A stretch of 64,000 nucleotides of DNA from an uncultured Acidobacteriota bacterium. Its GTDB lineage: Bacteria > Acidobacteriota > Thermoanaerobaculia > UBA5066. The notes under the pieces were generated by a model that did not search any database, was not told the origin of the DNA, and saw only the letters and a list, made by a program, of their open reading frames with translations. The translations under genes and the position numbers were made by a program. The DNA lies in assembly GCA_903845115.1 (NCBI GenBank), contig CAIMWE010000041.1, positions 5,802-69,801 on the forward strand. Reading direction: 5' to 3'. How positions within the stretch are numbered: position 1 is the stretch's first letter; the number at the start of each line of letters is the position of its first letter. Positions 9,606 to 19,366 of this stretch are shown here, piece by piece.

Positions 9606-12287
9606 CTACTCCTTCTTCTTCCGGGCGGTCTTCCTGGCGGGCGCCCGTTTCGCCTTCGGCGCCGCGGCCGTCGCCTCGGCCAGGGCGGCGGCCCGGGCCG
9701 CGTCGGGAATCATCGTCCTGGGCGTGAAGAGGGCGACGTCCGCCGCCGGCGCGTCGAAATCGCACCCCTCCTTCTCGCACGCGAAGAACGGCCCCGCCTT
9801 TCGCTCGCGGACGAGGAGGTAGGGCGCCCCGCACGACGGGCAGGGCTTGGGCACCGGCCTCGCCTTGAAGTTCCGCTTGCACGAGGGGTAGTTGGAGCAG
9901 CCATAGAACGGCCCGAAGCGCCCTTTCCGGACGAGGACCTCGCCGGTCCCGCAGTCCGGGCAGGCGACCGAGGTCGTCGTGACCGGCTTCGGCGGCCGGT
10001 ACCGGCACGCCGGGTACCCGGAGCAAGCGACGTAGTCCCCGAACCGGCCGTGGCGCGTCACCATCGTCTTCCCGCAGACCGGGCAGCTCTCTCCGGTCGG
10101 CCGGTCCGGTTTCGCCTCGGCCTTCCCCCCCGCCACCTTCACCGCCACCGTGCTGCGGCATTTCGGGTAGGCGGTGCACCCGAGGAACGCCGAGCCGTCC
10201 CGCCCGGCGCGGAGCTTCATCGGGCTGCCGCACTCCTCGCAGGTCTGCCCCTCCAGCTCGGTCTGGTCGATCGGGTCGTCCTCGACCTCGGGGATGTTCA
10301 CGGTGTACTCGCAATCGGGGTACCCCGCGCAGGCGACGAAGAGACCCGCCTTCCCCATCCGGAGCTTCAGCGGGTGGCCGCTCTTCGGGCAGCTCTCCAC
10401 TCCGTCCAGCTCCTTGGGGAGGGGGAAGTCCTTCAGGAGCGTCCGGACGTCGGCGAGGAGCAGACCGGCCTTGATCGAGATCATCTTCTTCTTGGCCAGG
10501 TCCCGGTCCTTCGAGAACTTGCCGTCGAACTCCGCGAGGGCCTTCCGCCAGTCGAGCTTTCCCTCCTCGACCTCGTCGAGCTCCTCCTCCATCTTCGCGG
10601 TGTACTCGGTCTGGAAGAAGTCGTCGAATCCGCCCCGCAGCAGGTCGACGACCAGCCGCCCGAGAAGGGTCGGCTGGAAGCGGCGGTCCTTCTTCCGGAC
10701 GTACTCGCGGTCCTCGATCTTCCGGATGATCTCGGCGTAGGTGGACGGGCGGCCGATGCCGTTCTCCTCGAGAAACTTCACCAGCGAGGCCTCGTTGAAG
10801 CGCGGGGGCGGCTGGGTCTCGTGCCCCTCCGCCTTCACCTCGACCAGGGCGGGCCGGTCGCCTTCCGCCAGCGCGGGGAGACGGACCTTCGCGTCGTCCT
10901 TCGCCCCCTCCTCGCCCTCGTCCTTCGCGTCCCCGTTCTTCTCTCCCGCTTCGTCCGCCTGGGGCGCCGCCTCTTCCTGGCCCCAGGCCCGGAGCCAGCC
11001 CGCGTCCTTCAGGACCGACCCGGTCGTCCGCAGCGTCGCGACGTCCGCGGCGCCGGCCCGGCCAGCCTCGATCTCGACGGTCGTCACCTCGGTCACCGAC
11101 GGGCTCATCTGCGAGGCGAGGAACCGGCTCCAGACCAGCCGGTAGAGCTTCAGCTCCTCCGCCTGGAGGTACCTGGCGACGGCCTCCGGGGGGAGGTCCA
11201 TCGAGGTCGGGCGGATCGCCTCGTGGGCGTCCTGCACGTCCCGCTTCTGCCGGAAGTAGCGGGGCTCGTCCGGGAGAGCTCCCGGACCCCAGGTCGTCCC
11301 GATGTAGTCCCGGACGGCGGCGATCGCCTCGGCGGCCGTCCGGGTCGAGTCGGTTCTCATGTAGGTGATCAGGCCGACCGTCCCCCGCTCCCCGATCGCC
11401 TTCCCCTCGTAGAGGCGCTGGGCCACCTGCATCGTCCGGCGGACCGTGAAGCCGAGGGAGCGCGCCGCCCCCTGCTGGAGCTTCGAGGTCGTGAACGGCG
11501 GGGGGGCGGAGCTCCTCCGCTCCTTGGCCTCGACGGAAACCACCCTCAGGTTCGCCCCACACGTCTCGACGTGGGCGGCCACCTCGGCGGCCGCATCGGC
11601 CGTCGCGAGACGCGGGTCCGAGCCGTCGAAGCGGAGCTTCTCCCCCCTCCAGACGACCGCCCGGGACGGGAAGGAGATCCCCCCGAGGGAGAGGGTCGCC
11701 GGGACGGAGAAGTAGGGAACGGGCCGGAACGCGTCGCGCTCGGCTTCCCGCTCCACGATGATCCGGAGGGCGACGGTCTGGACCCGTCCGGCCGACAGGC
11801 CACGCCACAGCTTGGACCAGAGGAGGTCCGAGACCTCGTAGCCGACGATCCGGTCGATGATCCGGCGGGCCTGCTGGGCATTGACCCGGTTCCGGTCGAT
11901 CTCGCCGGGCTTCTCGATCGCGCGGACGACGGCCGATCTCGTGATCTCGTGGAATTCGGCTCGGTGGAAGATGGCGTTCGGCGCCCCGGGCCGGAGGATC
12001 TCCTCGAGGTGCCAGCAGATCGCCTCCCCCTCGCGGTCGGGGTCGGCGGCGAGGTAGATGTGCTCGGCGCCCTTCGCCAAGCGCTTCAGCTCCGCGATCG
12101 TCCGTTCCTTCCCCGCCAGGATCTCGTAGGTCGGCTCGTACCCGTTCTCGCGGTCGACCGAGATCCCCTTCTTGGGCAGGTCGCGGACGTGGCCGTAGCA
12201 GGCGGCCACGGTGAACTCCTTGCCCAGGAACTTACCGAGAGTTCCGGCCTTGGCGGGCGATTCGACGACTACGAGTGACTTCGACAT
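9606..12287 (-). CDS. topA: DNA topoisomerase I with C-terminal zinc-ribbon repeats
   Basis: TOPRIM N-terminus MSKSLVVVESPAKAGTLGKFLG, active-site region GLITYMRTDS, and multiple C-terminal C4 zinc ribbons; 893 aa. Confidence 0.92.
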   Translation of the reverse strand: MSKSLVVVESPAKAGTLGKFLGKEFTVAACYGHVRDLPKKGISVDRENGYEPTYEILAGKERTIAELKRLAKGAEHIYLAADPDREGEAICWHLEEILRPGAPNAIFHRAEFHEITRSAVVRAIEKPGEIDRNRVNAQQARRIIDRIVGYEVSDLLWSKLWRGLSAGRVQTVALRIIVEREAERDAFRPVPYFSVPATLSLGGISFPSRAVVWRGEKLRFDGSDPRLATADAAAEVAAHVETCGANLRVVSVEAKERRSSAPPPFTTSKLQQGAARSLGFTVRRTMQVAQRLYEGKAIGERGTVGLITYMRTDSTRTAAEAIAAVRDYIGTTWGPGALPDEPRYFRQKRDVQDAHEAIRPTSMDLPPEAVARYLQAEELKLYRLVWSRFLASQMSPSVTEVTTVEIEAGRAGAADVATLRTTGSVLKDAGWLRAWGQEEAAPQADEAGEKNGDAKDEGEEGAKDDAKVRLPALAEGDRPALVEVKAEGHETQPPPRFNEASLVKFLEENGIGRPSTYAEIIRKIEDREYVRKKDRRFQPTLLGRLVVDLLRGGFDDFFQTEYTAKMEEELDEVEEGKLDWRKALAEFDGKFSKDRDLAKKKMISIKAGLLLADVRTLLKDFPLPKELDGVESCPKSGHPLKLRMGKAGLFVACAGYPDCEYTVNIPEVEDDPIDQTELEGQTCEECGSPMKLRAGRDGSAFLGCTAYPKCRSTVAVKVAGGKAEAKPDRPTGESCPVCGKTMVTRHGRFGDYVACSGYPACRYRPPKPVTTTSVACPDCGTGEVLVRKGRFGPFYGCSNYPSCKRNFKARPVPKPCPSCGAPYLLVRERKAGPFFACEKEGCDFDAPAADVALFTPRTMIPDAARAAALAEATAAAPKAKRAPARKTARKKKE

Positions 12288-12311
12288 GAGGCCGTCACGA
12301 TGCCATGCCTG

Positions 12312-13394
12312 TCAACCCCGCCCCTTCCGGCGGACGAATGTGGCCCCGGGAAGCGGCTCCGCGAGCCCGTCCAGCTCCAGGAGGACGAGCGCCCCCGAGA
12401 GACGTGCCGCATCGAGTCCGGTGGCCGCGACGAGCGTGTCCGTGTCCCGCGGATCCACGAAGTCGAGCGCGGCGAGGACGAGCCGGGCGTCGTCTCCCAG
12501 CGCCGGGTCTGGGCCTGCGGCCGCCCCGGCAGAAGACGACGCCCTACCGGCACCGTATCCGACGGACCCGGGCAGCTCGGCGAGGACGTCCTCCACGGAC
12601 CGGACGAGGATGGCCCCGTCCTTCAGGAGGGCGTTGGAGCCCGCGGCGTGGGCGGCGACGATCGTCCCGGGAACGGCCGCGACGTCCCGGCCGAAGTCGG
12701 CGGCGTGTCTCGCGGTGATGAGGGAGCCGCTCCTCTCGGCGGCCTCCACCACCACGACGAGAGGGACGAGGCCGGCGATCAGGCGGTTCCGGATCGGGAA
12801 GTGATGGGGCATCGGGCCGGTCCCCATCGGGAACTCGGAGACGAGCGCCCCGTGCCGGATGACCTCCGCGGCCAGCGGCCCGTGCTCGAACGGGTAGATG
12901 ACGTCGACGCCCGACCCGAGCACCGCGGTCGTCCGCCCGGAGGCTTCCAGCGCCGCGCGGTGAGCCGCCCCGTCGATGCCCAGGGCGAGACCGGAGACGA
13001 CGTTGACCCCCTCCCGGGCCAGGGCCCCCGCGAGCTCCCGCGCGGCCTCCAGCCCGGCGCGGGTCGGACGGCGGGAACCGACCATCGCGACGCCCTGGTC
13101 GGCGGCCAGTGCGGTTCCCCTCACGAACAGGAACACCGGCGGGTCCGGGATCTGCCGGAGGAGCGGCGGGTACTCGCCGTCGAGGAGGCCGACCAGCCGG
13201 GCCTGGCTCGCCTCCAGGCGCCGGAGCTGGTCGTCGACGCCGGCCACGCGATCCGGCTCCAGGAGCGGGCGGACCGAGTCGAGCGGCTCCCGGGCGATCT
13301 CGACGGCCTCGTCCGGCCCGAGGGAGAGGATGGCGGCGAGCCCCTGCTTCTCGGCCAGGAGCCTCCGGGCGGCGCGGGCCGTCCGCCCCCGGCA
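12312..13394 (-). CDS. dprA: DNA processing protein DprA (Smf)
   Basis: Rossmann-like core MVGSRRPTRAGLEAARELAGALAREGVNVVSGLALGIDGAAHRAAL...AVLGSGVDVIYP. Only the C-terminal half of ORF 12312..14459 is credible; its upstream half is antisense to the MBL gene. Start set to an in-frame GTG about 13394; uncertain. Confidence 0.72.
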   Translation of the reverse strand, partial: CRGRTARAARRLLAEKQGLAAILSLGPDEAVEIAREPLDSVRPLLEPDRVAGVDDQLRRLEASQARLVGLLDGEYPPLLRQIPDPPVFLFVRGTALAADQGVAMVGSRRPTRAGLEAARELAGALAREGVNVVSGLALGIDGAAHRAALEASGRTTAVLGSGVDVIYPFEHGPLAAEVIRHGALVSEFPMGTGPMPHHFPIRNRLIAGLVPLVVVVEAAERSGSLITARHAADFGRDVAAVPGTIVAAHAAGSNALLKDGAILVRSVEDVLAELPGSVGYGAGRASSSAGAAAGPDPALGDDARLVLAALDFVDPRDTDTLVAATGLDAARLSGALVLLELDGLAEPLPGATFVRRKGRG

Positions 13395-13676
13395 CACCAG
13401 CGCCCACGCGGCGGCGATCCTGGCGTCGATGGCGTCACCGACCCTTCGTGACCGGTTGCGGTGAAAGGAGAAGCACGGCGCCGGAACTATAGCCCTGCCG
13501 CCAGCCGTGCCGAAGGTGGCGGGAATTCGAGCGATCGTTCTCTCGCGGGAGAACGCGGACGGAGCTCCACGTCGGCCGGACGTTCTGTCCGGCACGGTGA
13601 CCGGCGTCACACCCGGACCCCGGATGCGCGATTTCTTGCCCGGGGGAGGAACCGCCCGGAGGATAATCGCTTCGCC

Positions 13677-14438
13677 TTGCGAATTCGCGTGCTCGGAGCG
13701 TACGGGGGGTCGACGCCGCGACACCGGCAGACCTCCTTCCTGATCAATGGCACGATCGCCCTGGATGCCGGCGCGCTCACGGAGGCCCTGACGCTCGAGG
13801 AGCAGTCCCGGGTGCGGGCCATCGTGGTGACCCACTCGCACATGGACCACGTGGCCTCGCTCCCCTTTCTCGTGGAGAACGTCTTCGGCAGGACGGAGGG
13901 GCCGATCGAGGTGATCGGGACGGCCGGCGTCGTGGAGTCCCTCCAGCTGCACCTCTTCAACGACGCGCTCTGGCCGGACTTCACGCGGATCCCGAACCAT
14001 CTCCTCCCGACCGTCCGGTTCCGGGTGGTCCAGCCCCTGACGCCCGTCTCCGTCGACGGGCTGACGATCACCGCCATCCCGGTCGACCACACCGTGCCGA
14101 CGGCGGGGTACCTCCTCCAGGACGGGAAGGATGCCGTGATCTTCTCGAGTGACACCGGCCCCACCGAGGAGATCTGGCGGGTCGCCAGGGAGACGCCCTC
14201 GCTCCGGGCCATCTTCGTCGAGTGCTCGTTCCCCGATTCGATGGAGGAGGTCGCGGACGTGTCGCGCCACCTCACCCCCAGCCGCCTCAGGAACGAGATG
14301 ACGAAGTTCCCGCCGGGCGTGCCGGTGAACCTCTACCACATGAAGCCCCCGACCCTTCCGGCCCTCCGCGCGGAGGTCTCGGCGCTCGCCTCCCCCCGGG
14401 TCAGGCTCCTCGCGGACGACGACGAGTTGAACTACTGA
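13677..14438 (+). CDS. MBL-fold metallo-hydrolase (class II cyclic-nucleotide-phosphodiesterase-like)
   Basis: Metal-binding motif VVTHSHMDHVASLPFL and typical MBL layout. Start trimmed to a TTG about 13677 (LRIRVLGAYGG); GTG at 13689 is also possible. Confidence 0.62.
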   Translation: MRIRVLGAYGGSTPRHRQTSFLINGTIALDAGALTEALTLEEQSRVRAIVVTHSHMDHVASLPFLVENVFGRTEGPIEVIGTAGVVESLQLHLFNDALWPDFTRIPNHLLPTVRFRVVQPLTPVSVDGLTITAIPVDHTVPTAGYLLQDGKDAVIFSSDTGPTEEIWRVARETPSLRAIFVECSFPDSMEEVADVSRHLTPSRLRNEMTKFPPGVPVNLYHMKPPTLPALRAEVSALASPRVRLLADDDELNY

Positions 14439-14495
14439 GGAGCCCACGGCCGAGCACATCTCCCGCCCACGGCTCCTCCTTCCCCCGCGCCGCCG

Positions 14496-15277
14496 CTACC
14501 GCTGCCGGAGGCGCGCCAGGGTCGCGGCGATCCCCTTCTGGCCCGCCTCGGAGAACCAGGAATCGACGAAGACGGCGCGGCTCTCCTCGAGGACCTCTCG
14601 GGCTTTCTCGTACGCGGTCCCTCGCAGGTCCCTCTTGACCGACGCATAGACGTCGCCGGGAGCGGTCCCCAGCTCCTCCGCGTAGGCGACGGCCGCGTCG
14701 AGGAGACCCGCGGGCGGGAGGAGCCTGTCGACGGCGCCGAGCGAGAGGGCCTCGGAAAAGGAGACGGCGCCGCGGGAGAGGCTCCATCGCGTCAGCGCGT
14801 GGTCTCCGACGGTCGCCCGGAGCGCCTCGAGGAAGTGTCGCGGAACGTGGACCCCTAGGCTCGCCTCCGGGAGGCCGATCGTCCCGGTCCCCTCGGCGGC
14901 CCAGCGGAAGTCCGCCGTTCCGGCGAGGAGGCACCCCCCCGCGACGGCGTGGCCCGGGAGGGCCGCCACGAGCGGCTTTCGGTAGAGGAACAGGGCGTAG
15001 AAGAGCGCCTCGAAGCCGCGGATGAACCGGCCGAACGTCTCCCGGTCCGCGGTCCCCATCTTCGCGAGGTCGAACCCTCCGCAGAAGACCCTCGGGGAGG
15101 CCGAGGTCAGGACGACTCCTCTCACGGAGCCGTCGCCCTCCGCCTCCAGCGCCGCGTCGTGGAGGGTCCGGACCAGGTCCGGATCGAGCGCGTTGGCCTT
15201 GCCCCGGTCCAGGACGAGGAGGCGGACCGCCCCCCGGTTCTCGATCCGGAGGGGCCGCTCGGGGCCGCCGTCCCTCA
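14496..15277 (-). CDS. enoyl-CoA hydratase/isomerase family protein
   Basis: Crotonase motifs ...FCGGFDL... and ...AALPGHAVAGGCLLAGTADFR.... Only the last roughly 260 aa of the 1188-aa ORF are credible. The GTG start overlaps the pdxT stop (GTGA). Confidence 0.72.
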
Positions 15278-15895
15278 CCTTGCCCCCACCAGCTTCCCGG
15301 CGTCCCTCGGCTTCCCCCTTCGGATCGCCTCCACGAAGAGCCGGTGGACCCGGCCGTCGCGGGCCAGCTCCGGGTGAAAGGTCGCGGCGATCAGGTTCCC
15401 CGAGCGGACGAGGACCGCGTCCCCGTCCCTCCTCGCGAGGACCTCGACCCCTCTTCCCAGGTCCCGGAACCGCGGGGCGCGGATGAAGACGGCCTCCAGC
15501 GGCTCGTCCCCCAGCGCCTCCCGGTCCAGGTCGGTCAGCCGGACGACCGCCGAATCGAGCTGCCGGCCGTAGGCATTCCGGACCGCCGTGACGTCCAGGA
15601 GGCCGAGCCCCTCCCGGTCGGGGTGCGTGATCCGCCGGGAGAGGAGGATGGCCCCCGCGCAGGTCGCGAGGACCGGGCGCCCGCTCGCGGCGAGCTCGGC
15701 GATCGCTTCGGGGATGCCGGTTCCCTCCATCAGCTTCCACATCGTCGTCGACTCTCCCCCCGGCAGGACGAGAGCGTCCGTGGAGAGGAGCTCGCCGGCC
15801 GTCCGGATCTCGCGGGCGTCGAGCCCCGCGGCGGCGAGCGCCTTCCGGTGAGCCTCGAAGTCCCCCTGCAGGGCGAGCACCCCGGCGGAGGGCAA
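15275..15895 (-). CDS. pdxT: pyridoxal 5'-phosphate synthase glutaminase subunit PdxT
   Basis: GATase motifs LALQGDFEAH, LVLPGGESTT, ATCAG (catalytic Cys), FHPE. TTG start. Confidence 0.88.
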   Translation of the reverse strand: MPSAGVLALQGDFEAHRKALAAAGLDAREIRTAGELLSTDALVLPGGESTTMWKLMEGTGIPEAIAELAASGRPVLATCAGAILLSRRITHPDREGLGLLDVTAVRNAYGRQLDSAVVRLTDLDREALGDEPLEAVFIRAPRFRDLGRGVEVLARRDGDAVLVRSGNLIAATFHPELARDGRVHRLFVEAIRRGKPRDAGKLVGAR

Positions 15896-15898
15896 GGT

Positions 15899-16810
15899 CT
15901 ACCAGCCCCTCGTCTGGAGGAGCTCCCCCTCGACCAGCTTCGCCGCCTCGATTCCCTTCATCCCCTCGCCGAGGTCCTCGGAGGCCTTCGCGATGCGGGC
16001 CGGGTCCTGCCAGTGGGTCGTCGCCTCGACGATCGCGCGCGCCCGCTTGGCCGGGTCGCTCGACTTGAAGATCCCCGAGCCGACGAAGACCGCCTCGGCG
16101 CCGAGGATCCGGCAGAGCGCCGCGTCCGCTGGAGTGGCGACGCCGCCGGCCGCGAAGTTGGGGACGGGGAGGCGCCCGTTCGCCGCGACCCACGCGACCA
16201 GCCCGAACGGAGCCTGGAGGTTCTTGGCCGCGGCCATCCACTCGTCCTTCGTCAGGATCGTCAGCCCCTTGATCTGGCGGAACACCTCGCGCAGGTGCCT
16301 CACGGCGTGGACGATGTCCCCGGTCCCCGCCTCGCCCTTCGTCCGGATCATCGCCGCCCCTTCTCCGATCCTCCGGAGCGCCTCGCCGAGGTTGCGGCAG
16401 CCGCAGACGAACGGCACCTTGAAGTCGTGCTTGTAGACGTGGTTCTCCTCGTCGGCCGGCGTCAGGACCTCCGACTCGTCGACGAAGTCGACCCCGAGGG
16501 ACTCCAGGATCCGGGCCTCGGCGATGTGGCCGATGCGGCACTTCGCCATGACGGGGATGGAGACGGCGGCCTCGATCTCCCGGATCTTCGACACGGGCGA
16601 CATCCGGGCGACGCCGCCGTCCCGCCGGATGTCCGAGGGGACCCGTTCGAGCGCCATGACGGCGCAGGCTCCGGCGTCCTCGGCGATCTTCGCCTGCCCG
16701 GCGTCGACGACGTCCATGATGACGCCGCCCTTGAGCATCTCGGCGAGGCCGACCTTCACGCGGAAGGCGTCTGAGGAGAAGGGCGATTCGATGGAGAGCG
16801 GAGCGGTCAT
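15899..16810 (-). CDS. pdxS: pyridoxal 5'-phosphate synthase lyase subunit PdxS
   Basis: Highly conserved PdxS sequence (GGVIMDVV..., [14 protein letters not shown]), 303 aa. Confidence 0.92.
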   Translation of the reverse strand: MTAPLSIESPFSSDAFRVKVGLAEMLKGGVIMDVVDAGQAKIAEDAGACAVMALERVPSDIRRDGGVARMSPVSKIREIEAAVSIPVMAKCRIGHIAEARILESLGVDFVDESEVLTPADEENHVYKHDFKVPFVCGCRNLGEALRRIGEGAAMIRTKGEAGTGDIVHAVRHLREVFRQIKGLTILTKDEWMAAAKNLQAPFGLVAWVAANGRLPVPNFAAGGVATPADAALCRILGAEAVFVGSGIFKSSDPAKRARAIVEATTHWQDPARIAKASEDLGEGMKGIEAAKLVEGELLQTRGW

Positions 16811-16834
16811 GGCGGTTCCTTTCGTCGGACGGAT

Positions 16835-18319
16835 TCAGATCTGGATGAGCGCCTCTTCGCGTCCGGCCCGGGACTTCCCGGATCCGTTCCGCTGGACGGC
16901 GAGGCGATGGAGGAGCGCTCGGGCTGCAGCCCCGACCAGGGCGAGGGCCTTCTCGAGGTCGGGACCGGTCTCCCTGGCGACCGAGATCCGGAGGGCCGGC
17001 AGGTCGGCCGCGTCCGGGCTGAAGTCCGCGCCGGGAGAGACGAGGACCCCCTTGTCCCGCGCCGCGGCAGCCAGCGCTCTCCCGGAGATTCCCCGGGGCA
17101 GCTGGATCCACAGCACCCATCCGCCGCTCGGGCGGTCGCACGCCGTGCCGACCGGGAAGCTCTCCCGGACGGCGCGCTGAGCGGCCGCGAGGCGGCTCCG
17201 GAGGCGCGTCCGGGTCCGGACGAGGTGCCGGTCGTACTCCCCCCGGGAGATGAAGAGGTTCAGGGCGGCCTGCAGGATGGGGGGGGAGGTGAGCTCGCCG
17301 ATCCGCTTCAGGGCGGCGAGCCGGTGGACGAATTCCTTCGGCCCAGAGATCCAGCCCACCCGGACGCCCGGGAAGAGGGCCTTCGAGATCGTCCCGAGGT
17401 GGACCACGTGCCCGGGGGCCGTCGCGGCCAGCGGCGGGGGGAGCTCGCCTTCCACGTTGAGGTCGGCGTCGAACGCGTCCTCGACCACCAGGACCCCGGC
17501 GCCCACGGCCGCTTCGAGGATCCGCTGGCGCCGCTCCGCGGAGACGAGGAGCCCGGTCGGATTCTGGAAGTCCGGGATCGCGTAGAGGAGCTTGGGCTTC
17601 TCGGCGAGAACCCTGGCGAGCGCCACGGGGTCGGGGCCTTCGGCGTCGAGGGGAACTCCCAGGAGGCGGGCGCGGTGCATCCGGAAGAGCGTCAGCGCAC
17701 CCGAGTAGCTCGGGTCCTCCACGGCGACCGCGTCCCCTGGGTCGACGAGGGCGCGGGTGATCAGGTCGAGCCCCTGCTGGGCTCCGTTGACGATCAGGAT
17801 CGTATCGGGATCCGCCGGGACCCCTCGCCTGGCGAGGCGGGCCGCGAGGGTCTCCCGGAGAGGCCGGTAGCCGAAGGGCGACCCGTACGACAGGAGCGCC
17901 TGGTTGCGCGCCACCTCCGTCAGAAACGAGGCGAAGACCTCTGCCGGGAAGTCGCGTTCGTCCGGGGCGAGGCGCGAGAGGTCGTACACCGGCGTCCTCC
18001 CGGGCTCGGGCCCCGGCTCGGCCACGATCCGCCGGAGGAGGGACGAGGCGATCCGGTCCCACGCCGGGGCCGGGCCGATCACCGGTCCCGCGATCGAGCG
18101 CCGGGCGACCCGGGTGCCCCCTCCCTTGTTGGTCTCGATCCAGCCGTCCGCCTTCAGGACCCGGAGAGCCTGGTGGAGCGTGGCCCGGTTCACCTCGAGG
18201 GTGCGGGCGAGGAGCCGGGAGGCGGGGAGCCTCTCGCCCTCCGTGTAGCGTCCCGTCCGGATGTCGCGCGAGAGGCTCTCGGCGATCGTCCGGTAGAGGG
18301 GGACCCTGGGCGCGGTCAT
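16835..18319 (-). CDS. pdxR: MocR/PdxR-type GntR-family regulator with a fused aminotransferase-like domain
   Basis: N-terminal wHTH (YRTIAESL...GERLPASRLLARTLEVNRATLHQAL) followed by a fold-type I aminotransferase domain; 494 aa. Lies immediately upstream of pdxS-pdxT on the same strand. Confidence 0.78.
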   Translation of the reverse strand: MTAPRVPLYRTIAESLSRDIRTGRYTEGERLPASRLLARTLEVNRATLHQALRVLKADGWIETNKGGGTRVARRSIAGPVIGPAPAWDRIASSLLRRIVAEPGPEPGRTPVYDLSRLAPDERDFPAEVFASFLTEVARNQALLSYGSPFGYRPLRETLAARLARRGVPADPDTILIVNGAQQGLDLITRALVDPGDAVAVEDPSYSGALTLFRMHRARLLGVPLDAEGPDPVALARVLAEKPKLLYAIPDFQNPTGLLVSAERRQRILEAAVGAGVLVVEDAFDADLNVEGELPPPLAATAPGHVVHLGTISKALFPGVRVGWISGPKEFVHRLAALKRIGELTSPPILQAALNLFISRGEYDRHLVRTRTRLRSRLAAAQRAVRESFPVGTACDRPSGGWVLWIQLPRGISGRALAAAARDKGVLVSPGADFSPDAADLPALRISVARETGPDLEKALALVGAAARALLHRLAVQRNGSGKSRAGREEALIQI

Positions 18320-18336
18320 CCCCCCGATTCTCGGCC

Positions 18337-18350
18337 TTGGTCTAGACCAA
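18337..18350. promoter_or_regulatory. perfect 14-bp palindrome TTGGTCTAGACCAA, 18 bp upstream of the pdxR start; candidate PdxR/GntR-type operator
   Basis: Read directly. It contains a GT-N-AC core of the kind used by GntR-family regulators. A function is inferred only. Confidence 0.35.
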
Positions 18351-18404
18351 ATTCAACCGGCCGCCCTGGTCAGCCCAACCAAACCTCCTCGCCGGGCGAC
18401 CGGC

Positions 18405-18689
18405 CTACTCGCCCCGGCCCAGGAGGGCAACGAGCGCCCGGGTCATCTCCTCGGCGAAGAGGAGGTCCCATTCCTGGGTTCCCTCGACCGCCCTCCGGTT
18501 CCGCTCCCGGGTTTTCTTCCGGCTCTGCTCCTCGAGCTGACCGATCTCGCGGTCCCACTCGAGGAGGGCCTGGAGGACCCGGTTCCGCGTGAACTCGCGC
18601 TCGGCGAGGACGGTCACTCCCGGCGTCGACGGGAGCCTCTCCGCGATCCGGTGGGAAAGCTCGACCGCCCGTTCCCGCGAGATGGCCAT
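18405..18689 (-). CDS. small hypothetical protein (94 aa)
   Basis: ATG at 18689 (MAISRERAVELSHRIAERL...). It is the only protein-like part of the 1135-aa ORF 18405..21812 and lies downstream of tal on the same strand. Confidence 0.35.
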   Translation of the reverse strand: MAISRERAVELSHRIAERLPSTPGVTVLAEREFTRNRVLQALLEWDREIGQLEEQSRKKTRERNRRAVEGTQEWDLLFAEEMTRALVALLGRGE

Positions 18690-18706
18690 CGCCCGCCTGC
18701 CGCCCG

Positions 18707-19357
18707 TCAGTGGATGCGGCGCGGCCCTTCGAACGTGTTCGTCCGGAGGTTCGCGAGGCCGGCTTGCGTGAGGGGGTGGTCGAACAGCTTCTCGAGGACG
18801 CCGAGCGGCAACGTCGCCACGTCCACCCCCATCATCGCCGCGTCGAGGACGTGGATCGGGTTCTGGATCCCCTGGACGTTGACCTGGGTCTGGAGGCCGT
18901 AGTTGTCGTAGACCCGCACCACGCTCTCGACGACGTCCATCCCGATCTGCCCGGAATCGTCCAGGGCCCCGACGGCGGGCGAGACGTAGGCGGTGCCGGC
19001 GCGGGCGGCCAGGAGCGCCTGCATCGGGGTGAAGACGAGGCCGACGTCCGTCGCGATCTGCTCGTCCCCGAGGAGCCGCACGACGCGGAGCCCTTCCCGG
19101 GTCATCGGCACGCGGAGGACCACGTTCTTCCCGAGCTTGTGCAGCTCCCGGGCCTCCTTGTACATCCCCTTGGGGTCGCCCGCGGAGAGAGGGGCGATGA
19201 CCGGTCCGTCCCCCACCTGGGCCAGGTCGGAGAGGAGCCGCCGGGCGTCCTTGCCGACGCTGTCGGCGGGCGGGTTGAGCAGGATGCCGTCCAGGAGGCC
19301 CCACTCCCTGACTCGCCGGGCCTCGTCGACGTTGGCGGTGTCGAGGAAAAAGCGCAT
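18707..19357 (-). CDS. tal: transaldolase / fructose-6-phosphate aldolase family (short TalC/Fsa type)
   Basis: MRFFLDTANVDE N-terminus, and the Schiff-base Lys region in VNVQGI..; 216 aa. Confidence 0.8.
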   Translation of the reverse strand: MRFFLDTANVDEARRVREWGLLDGILLNPPADSVGKDARRLLSDLAQVGDGPVIAPLSAGDPKGMYKEARELHKLGKNVVLRVPMTREGLRVVRLLGDEQIATDVGLVFTPMQALLAARAGTAYVSPAVGALDDSGQIGMDVVESVVRVYDNYGLQTQVNVQGIQNPIHVLDAAMMGVDVATLPLGVLEKLFDHPLTQAGLANLRTNTFEGPRRIH

Positions 19358-19366
19358 CGCCCGACT

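Noticed and set aside
12312-14459. Single 715-aa minus-strand ORF spanning the dprA and the MBL-hydrolase regions
   Set aside because: Only the C-terminal half, about 360 aa, matches DprA. The N-terminal half is antisense to a well-supported plus-strand MBL-fold gene, so DprA was truncated to an internal start.
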